A stretch of DNA of 64,000 nt from a virus (taxonomy: Duplodnaviria > Caudoviricetes), in IMG/VR virus record IMGVR_UViG_3300030330_004772, positions 10,686 through 74,685 of that record; one strand, 5' to 3'. The translations under genes were made by a program, and so were the position numbers. The notes under the pieces are model-generated. The model was not told where the DNA came from. It saw nothing but the letters and a program-made list of their open reading frames with translations, and ran no database searches. Shown here piece after piece: positions 58,500-64,000 of this stretch (position 1 is the first letter of the stretch; every line of letters starts with the position of its first letter).

Positions 58500-58826
58500 A
58501 TGGAATATTTAAGTACAGGAGAACAATTAGGGACAGGTTATACAACGGTATTAAGTGCAACCACAACTACTAAAAATTTAGTTAAATCTATTCATGTTAC
58601 TAATATTAGTGGTGACACATCACTTTATTTACAATGGTATGATGACTCTAAAGGAAACACTTTATCATTAGCGCATAACGTAACAATTCCAGCTTCCTCT
58701 TCATTTCAAGTATTAGATGGTACTTTTGTTTTAGATAACGATGATTATATTCAAGCAAAATCAACAAACTTAAATAATTTAGATATTAGTATATCCTATC
58801 TTAACATTGATAATAGCGAAGGATAA
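58500..58826 (+). CDS. Small virion structural protein
   Basis: VKSIHVTN...VTIPA...FVLDNDDYIQAK; TATTTAT at 58480. Confidence 0.55.
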   Translation: MEYLSTGEQLGTGYTTVLSATTTTKNLVKSIHVTNISGDTSLYLQWYDDSKGNTLSLAHNVTIPASSSFQVLDGTFVLDNDDYIQAKSTNLNNLDISISYLNIDNSEG

Positions 58827-58893
58827 AAAAAAATTTTTATTATTCTAAATATTCTCATATTATTAGATATTTATAATCAAACAATATTTAACA

Positions 58894-60111
58894 ATGAGAA
58901 TACCTAAACGGATAGTTCAATTACCTAGAAACGCAAATCTCCATAGAGATGATGTTTTAGCGATTGTTGATCAAAATAATAGAACATCTAAAATTTCTTT
59001 ATTACAATTAGCAGAATTTTTAAGTGGTACTAGTCAAACATTGGCGGCAGGAAATGATTATGTTACGCAAGGTGAATACAACGATGAATCAAAAGAAATA
59101 ATTTTATCGAGAAATGATGGTGCACAAATAAAAATTACTGGTTTTACAGGTGGACAAGATTTGTATACTAATGAAACACCAGTTCCAGAAAAAGTTGGTG
59201 GTGTTGAGGAGGGTACTACATTTCTTAATAAAACAATGGAGGAAGTTTTTAATATGTTGTTTTATCCTACATTAGAACCTGAAAGTATCCCACACTCTAC
59301 TAGTTTAAATCTTAACCATACTGGACTTAGGGAAGTTGGTACAATATTAGATTTAGAATTTACTAATACTGCAGGTGGTGGTTCTTGGACACAAGATTGG
59401 CAAGGAACTAATTTACAACCTGATAATTTTGCTGGTGAGGCACTATCAGCAAAAATAGAATATACCGGAGATGGGTCTTTTAGTAATATAAATAGTTTAC
59501 AAATTACAGGTAAATATGGATTAGAAGATGTAGGTTATAATAATTATGAAGTAGTAGAGGGTAACCAAAGTTGGGTATTAAAAACTACTTTTGCACCCGG
59601 AGAAGAACCAATAAATAGTGATGGTGTTGTATCACAAGTAGTTAATAATTTTGGTGGGGGTGATTTAACCTCTACTAAAAGTATTATAGGTACATACCCA
59701 ATATATGTCGGTATATCTTCAAGTAATAATGATTTTGAACATATTATTAATGGTAGTGAAAATTATTTAGGGGGGGTATCTAATCCAGGATTAACTAATT
59801 TTAATGCTACAGATATTAACTTTTCACAATCGTGGGGTGAAACAGGATTAAGTGGGACAGATCCAAATGCGGTTAGACATAGAGTGGCAATACCAACGGT
59901 ATTTGGTTCACCGTCTTTTAAACAAGTTACTGCACAAGGTACTTACTTACCTGATACTGCTTGGGGTAGTGACGGTACAAAAAATAATCTTCATAATACG
60001 GGTATAGAATATACTATTTATATAAAAAATAAACCAGCACTTGCAGAAGGAGATCCAGAATTTCCATCAGGAAGCGGTAATTATAAATCAAAATATAAAA
60101 TATCTTTTTAA
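58894..60111 (+). CDS. Fibre-associated protein: N-terminus like 53216, C-terminus like 60157
   Basis: Direct comparison of the translated sequences. Confidence 0.65.
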   Translation: MRIPKRIVQLPRNANLHRDDVLAIVDQNNRTSKISLLQLAEFLSGTSQTLAAGNDYVTQGEYNDESKEIILSRNDGAQIKITGFTGGQDLYTNETPVPEKVGGVEEGTTFLNKTMEEVFNMLFYPTLEPESIPHSTSLNLNHTGLREVGTILDLEFTNTAGGGSWTQDWQGTNLQPDNFAGEALSAKIEYTGDGSFSNINSLQITGKYGLEDVGYNNYEVVEGNQSWVLKTTFAPGEEPINSDGVVSQVVNNFGGGDLTSTKSIIGTYPIYVGISSSNNDFEHIINGSENYLGGVSNPGLTNFNATDINFSQSWGETGLSGTDPNAVRHRVAIPTVFGSPSFKQVTAQGTYLPDTAWGSDGTKNNLHNTGIEYTIYIKNKPALAEGDPEFPSGSGNYKSKYKISF

Positions 60112-60156
60112 AAAAAAAATAATAAATAATAACCAAATAAAAAAAAACAAACAATT

Positions 60157-61629
60157 ATGAGTAGAACAACAGGTGTATTTAATTTTGGTGCTAACTTCGA
60201 AATTGGATATCAAGGTCCAGTGGATGCAAGACAAGTTTGCCCAACATTAGATGATAGAGCACTTTTAACTTACACATATATCGGAATGATATGTGTTGTA
60301 ACAAACGATGAAGACAGAGAAGATCCTAATAATCCAGGAGTGATTATAGGGGACGCATCCAATAATGGAATTTATCGAATGATAAACCAAATAGGTACTA
60401 ATGTAGTGAACACTGATTCTGATTGGGAAAAAGTTGGTGGTGGCACTGGTGATGGTGACCCAGTAGTCGCATTTGACTATTATGATACACAAAATAAGAT
60501 AGATGATGCAGTGAATGGTGGTGTTATACCATTTGCCGGTGATTTAGAAGTAAATGACTTAGTTATTACATTAGAGTCTGGAGCATATTTTATAGTAAAT
60601 GTTGTAGGTGGAATTGGTGGTAATTATAATCCAGATAAACCAAATGAAACTTGGGCAGTAGATCCAGATACTGAAGTACCATTTGATATAGGTGGAATTC
60701 AACAAGGAACAACTGCAGGTTTCTTAGATGATATGCCATTCTCACAAGTATGGAATTTACTATTATTCCCTTCTCAACCACCTTCAGTTGCACCTCCAAC
60801 TGCAAATATGGCTGATGAAGTATCGTCTTTTTATGAGGTAGGTACAAGTATTGATATGGCATGGAAACCGAGTCTTACTAGTTTAGGTAGTATTACAGTA
60901 AGCCCACAAGGACCCGCAGGTGTACAACCTGCACCATCTACAGGTTTATTGACTGCGAAATTTCAAGGTCCTGGATTTAATGGAGGTGCTGAAGCTGATA
61001 TCTATAATCTAGCTTTAAAATCAACAATAGGTACACATAATACTATTAATATTAATAATTATACTGTAGTTGAGGGGACTCAAGAATGGAAATTTACTTA
61101 TACTTTTGAGGGTGGTCCAATGCCTAAAGATAGTCAAGGTAATGATGCACCAGATAAGCAACTTAGTGATGGTGAAGTTGGTTCATCCGTTGCACACAAT
61201 ACGTTTGGTACGTATCCAATATATGTTGGGTTATCTTCGGGTAACAATGACTTTGAACATGCAGGAAATGCCACAGAAAATTATCCGGCAGGAACATCTA
61301 AACCTAGTTTAGGTGGTTTTAATAGATCAGGATTACATTTTTCACAAAAAGTAGGTGAAGAAGGTTTAAGTGGAACTGATCCTAACGCTATTAGACATAG
61401 AATTGCAATACCAGTGGTATTTGGTTCTCCGTCATTTTTACAAGCAACTGCAGAAGGTAATTACTTATCTGATGGGGATTGGGAAGCTGGTCCAATTAGA
61501 GACGATCTTCATAGTAGTGGAATTGAGTATCAAGTATGGATAAAAAATAAAAATGCGCTGGCTAAAGGTGATCCAGAATTACCTGCAGGAAGTGGTAGTT
61601 ATAAACCGAAATATAAAGTAAGTTATTAA
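60157..61629 (+). CDS. Fibre-associated protein: N-terminus like 61713, C-terminus like 58894
   Basis: Direct comparison of the translated sequences. Confidence 0.65.
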   Translation: MSRTTGVFNFGANFEIGYQGPVDARQVCPTLDDRALLTYTYIGMICVVTNDEDREDPNNPGVIIGDASNNGIYRMINQIGTNVVNTDSDWEKVGGGTGDGDPVVAFDYYDTQNKIDDAVNGGVIPFAGDLEVNDLVITLESGAYFIVNVVGGIGGNYNPDKPNETWAVDPDTEVPFDIGGIQQGTTAGFLDDMPFSQVWNLLLFPSQPPSVAPPTANMADEVSSFYEVGTSIDMAWKPSLTSLGSITVSPQGPAGVQPAPSTGLLTAKFQGPGFNGGAEADIYNLALKSTIGTHNTININNYTVVEGTQEWKFTYTFEGGPMPKDSQGNDAPDKQLSDGEVGSSVAHNTFGTYPIYVGLSSGNNDFEHAGNATENYPAGTSKPSLGGFNRSGLHFSQKVGEEGLSGTDPNAIRHRIAIPVVFGSPSFLQATAEGNYLSDGDWEAGPIRDDLHSSGIEYQVWIKNKNALAKGDPELPAGSGSYKPKYKVSY

Positions 61630-61636
61630 AAATAAT

Positions 61637-61672
61637 AAAGAGGGTGATATTTTTATATATCACTCTCTTTTA
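61637..61672 (+). terminator. Rho-independent terminator-like hairpin
   Basis: AAAGAGGGTGATA ... TATCACTCTCTTT. Confidence 0.7.
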
Positions 61673-61712
61673 TAAAAAATAAAATATTTATTAGAAAAGT
61701 TTTAAATAAGTT

Positions 61713-64000
61713 ATGAGTAGAACAACAGGTGTATTTAATTTTGGTGCTAATTTTGAGTTAGGGTATCAGGGTCCAATGGATGCCAGACAAGTTTGCCCAA
61801 CATTAGATGATAGGTCATTATTAACTTACACATATATCGGGATGATATGTGTCGTAACAAACGATGAGGATAGAGAAGATCCGGCCAATCCAGGCGTAAT
61901 AATAGGAGACGCATCCAATAATGGGTTGTATATTATGAATAAACAAATAGGGACATCAACCCCTAGTACCGATGCTGATTGGGATAAAATAGGTGATAAT
62001 ATAGGAGAAGGTAATCCCGTTACAGGTATTTTATACGATCAAAACACTAATAATTTAACTATAACACTTACACATGATGGGAATGGTGGTACAAATAATC
62101 CTATTGCTTATTTTACTACTATAGAAACACACCACCAACTAAGATTTGCGGCGCCAGGAATGTACTATAAAATAACAGGTGGGGATTTTCATCCTGTAAT
62201 GTATGATGAAAATAATAGTGAAAATACTCAGAATCCTGATATATGGGTACAAAGAGGTATTACATATAAAATAGAAAGAACCGATAGTGATCACGGACTT
62301 AGAATAACTGAAAATAGTGATTATACTGAAAATTTCCCTAGTGGTATAAGTAGTAATATTACACAAAATGATGGACCTATCTACTGGACTATACCATATG
62401 ATGCACCTGACAAATATTACTATATATGTATTTCACACTCATCAATGAAGGGTATTATAAACGTATTAGGTGCGAATGGACAACAAGGTCCACAAGGAGA
62501 ACAAGGATTACAAGGTGAACAAGGATTACAAGGATTACAAGGACAACAAGGAGAACAAGGTCCTGTAGGTAATCAAGGCCCTGTAGGAGAACAAGGTCCG
62601 CAAGGAGAACAAGGATTACAAGGTGAACAAGGAGAACAAGGACCCGATGGTAATCAAGGCCCTGTAGGTAATCAAGGTCCGCAAGGTGAACAAGGTCCTG
62701 TAGGGGAACAAGGATTACAAGGTGAACAAGGACCGATAGGAGAACAAGGTCCGCAAGGAGAACAAGGATTACAAGGATTACAAGGTCCGCAAGGTGAACA
62801 AGGATTACAAGGACAACAAGGTGAACAAGGACCACAAGGTATTCAAGGGATACAAGGAGAAGTAGGTGATAAAGGACCTGATGGAGATAAAGGTGAACAA
62901 GGAAATCAAGGAATACAAGGTGAACAAGGACCGATAGGAGAACAGGGTCCAATTGGCGAACAGGGTCCGATAGGAGAACAAGGAGAACAAGGTGAACAAG
63001 GACCGATAGGAGAGCAAGGTCCAATTGGTGAACAAGGACCTATAGGAGAGCAAGGTCCAATTGGTGAACAAGGAATTCAAGGTTCTGTAGGAGAACAGGG
63101 TCCAATAGGAGAGCAAGGAGAACAAGGTGAACAAGGAATTCAAGGTATACAAGGACCTGTAGGAGAACAAGGACCTGTAGGAGAGCAAGGTCCTGTAGGT
63201 GAACAAGGAGAACAAGGAATTCAAGGTATACAAGGACCTGTAGGAGAGCAAGGTCCAATTGGTGAGCAAGGACCAATAGGAGAACAAGGAGAACAAGGAG
63301 AAATTGGAAATCAGGGTCCTATAGGTAATCAAGGACCAATTGGTGAGCAAGGACCCGATGGTAATCAAGGTCCTGTAGGTAATCAAGGTCCTGTAGGTGA
63401 ACAAGGACCAATAGGTGAACAAGGTCCTGTAGGTAATCAAGGCCCAATTGGTGAGCAAGGACCAATAGGAGAACAAGGACCAATAGGAGAGCAAGGACCT
63501 ATTGGAGAGCAAGGACCTATTGGAGAACAAGGTCCTGTAGGTAATCAAGGCCCAATTGGTGAGCAAGGAGAACAAGGGGAACAAGGTCCGCAAGGAGAAC
63601 AAGGATTACAAGGTGAACAAGGAGAGCAAGGAATACAAGGGGAACAAGGTCCTGTAGGTAATCAAGGAGAACAAGGAATACAAGGGGAACAAGGTCCTGT
63701 AGGTAGTCAAGGTCCTGTAGGGGAACAAGGATTACAAGGTGAACAAGGACCGATAGGAGAACAAGGTTCACAAGGAGAACAAGGTCTACAAGGGGAACAA
63801 GGTCCTGTAGGAAATCAAGGCCCAATTGGCGAACAAGGTCCAATAGGAGAACAAGGACCTATAGGAGAACAAGGATTACAAGGATTACAAGGTGAACAAG
63901 GATTACAAGGTACACAAGGTCCACAAGGTGAGCAAGGATTACAAGGAGAACAAGGACCCGATGGTAATCAAGGTCCTGTAGGTAATCAAGGTCCTGTAGG
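61713..64000 (+). CDS. 3'-truncated collagen-like fibre protein with a cupredoxin-like domain (not in ORF track)
   Basis: Manual translation from ATG 61713: [21 protein letters not shown]...HGLRI...[13 protein letters not shown], then Gly-X-Y from 62469 to the window end. Confidence 0.9.
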   Translation, partial: MSRTTGVFNFGANFELGYQGPMDARQVCPTLDDRSLLTYTYIGMICVVTNDEDREDPANPGVIIGDASNNGLYIMNKQIGTSTPSTDADWDKIGDNIGEGNPVTGILYDQNTNNLTITLTHDGNGGTNNPIAYFTTIETHHQLRFAAPGMYYKITGGDFHPVMYDENNSENTQNPDIWVQRGITYKIERTDSDHGLRITENSDYTENFPSGISSNITQNDGPIYWTIPYDAPDKYYYICISHSSMKGIINVLGANGQQGPQGEQGLQGEQGLQGLQGQQGEQGPVGNQGPVGEQGPQGEQGLQGEQGEQGPDGNQGPVGNQGPQGEQGPVGEQGLQGEQGPIGEQGPQGEQGLQGLQGPQGEQGLQGQQGEQGPQGIQGIQGEVGDKGPDGDKGEQGNQGIQGEQGPIGEQGPIGEQGPIGEQGEQGEQGPIGEQGPIGEQGPIGEQGPIGEQGIQGSVGEQGPIGEQGEQGEQGIQGIQGPVGEQGPVGEQGPVGEQGEQGIQGIQGPVGEQGPIGEQGPIGEQGEQGEIGNQGPIGNQGPIGEQGPDGNQGPVGNQGPVGEQGPIGEQGPVGNQGPIGEQGPIGEQGPIGEQGPIGEQGPIGEQGPVGNQGPIGEQGEQGEQGPQGEQGLQGEQGEQGIQGEQGPVGNQGEQGIQGEQGPVGSQGPVGEQGLQGEQGPIGEQGSQGEQGLQGEQGPVGNQGPIGEQGPIGEQGPIGEQGLQGLQGEQGLQGTQGPQGEQGLQGEQGPDGNQGPVGNQGPV
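62469..64000 (+). repeat. Collagen-like Gly-X-Y coding repeat, about 170 triplets or more
   Basis: 9-bp periodic GGN-NNN-CAA units (GEQ, GPQ, GPV, GPI, GLQ, GNQ). The Gly codons at 62469 and 63963 are exactly 166 x 9 bp apart. Confidence 0.95.

Noticed and set aside
1760-61312. Short ORFs nested in or antisense to long genes (e.g. 2342..2710, 8908..9462, 20137..20571, 23361..23735, 34597..35163, 36735..37199, 55264..55713)
   Set aside because: They lie wholly within well-supported genes, have low-complexity translations typical of shadow frames, and lack start context.
59680-61930. Duplicated segments as a diversity-generating retroelement TR/VR pair
   Set aside because: Differences are mostly synonymous and not confined to adenines, both copies are in intact ORFs, and no reverse transcriptase is in the window.
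62455-63843. Minus-strand ORFs 62455..63024, 62805..63602, 63040..63276 and 63517..63843
   Set aside because: They are antisense shadows of the 9-bp collagen repeat. The coherent gene is on the + strand from 61713.
1-64000. Stop-codon reassignment, as seen in some jumbo phages
   Set aside because: Code 11 gives full-length terminase, portal, capsid and ClpC with near-complete coding density. TAG is rare as a stop, but no gene appears broken by it.
1-64000. Bacterial chromosome or eukaryotic giant virus origin, suggested by ClpC, GTs and collagen
   Set aside because: The T4-like terL/portal/protease/scaffold/capsid set, bacterial terminators and Bacteroidota-type promoters indicate a tailed phage.
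62469-64000. Collagen domain as the main acceptor for the GT cluster
   Set aside because: The triplets contain almost no Thr, Ser or Lys acceptors. The Ser/Thr-rich fibres and the capsid insertion are better candidates.

Overview
This window is part of an AT-rich, gene-dense jumbo-type tailed phage genome (Caudoviricetes) with T4-like morphogenesis genes. The host is most likely Bacteroidota. Six TTTG-N19/20-TAnnTTTG-like promoters, A-rich start regions without Shine-Dalgarno motifs, and Bacteroidota-like ClpC and WbpB-type genes all point that way. Layout: (1) 1-7 kb accessory genes (DUF2927-like, ClpC, DNA methyltransferase, Hsp20, KTSC); (2) 7-27 kb a late + strand block with a nucleotidyltransferase, putative internal head proteins, large terminase, portal, prohead protease, scaffold and major capsid; (3) 27-34 kb minus-strand baseplate-like genes and a gp55-like sigma factor; (4) 33.6-45.2 kb seven glycosyltransferase genes interleaved with a WbpB/WlbA-like NDP-sugar dehydrogenase, PhoH, dUTPase and degenerate HAD and HD proteins; (5) 46-49 kb minus-strand late genes including a WYL-like protein; (6) 49-64 kb modular fibre/adhesin genes. 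The last gene starts at 61713, is absent from the ORF track, and has a cupredoxin-like domain plus at least 170 collagen triplets. The best candidates for new biology are a late-expressed glycosylation module, a TATTTAT(A) late promoter (the reverse complement of the T4 late box), a protease-cleavable head-cargo signal shared with enzymes, and a domain-shuffled fibre network. No tRNA, rRNA, CRISPR array or IS was recognised. All family assignments come from motif recognition by eye; no database searches were run.
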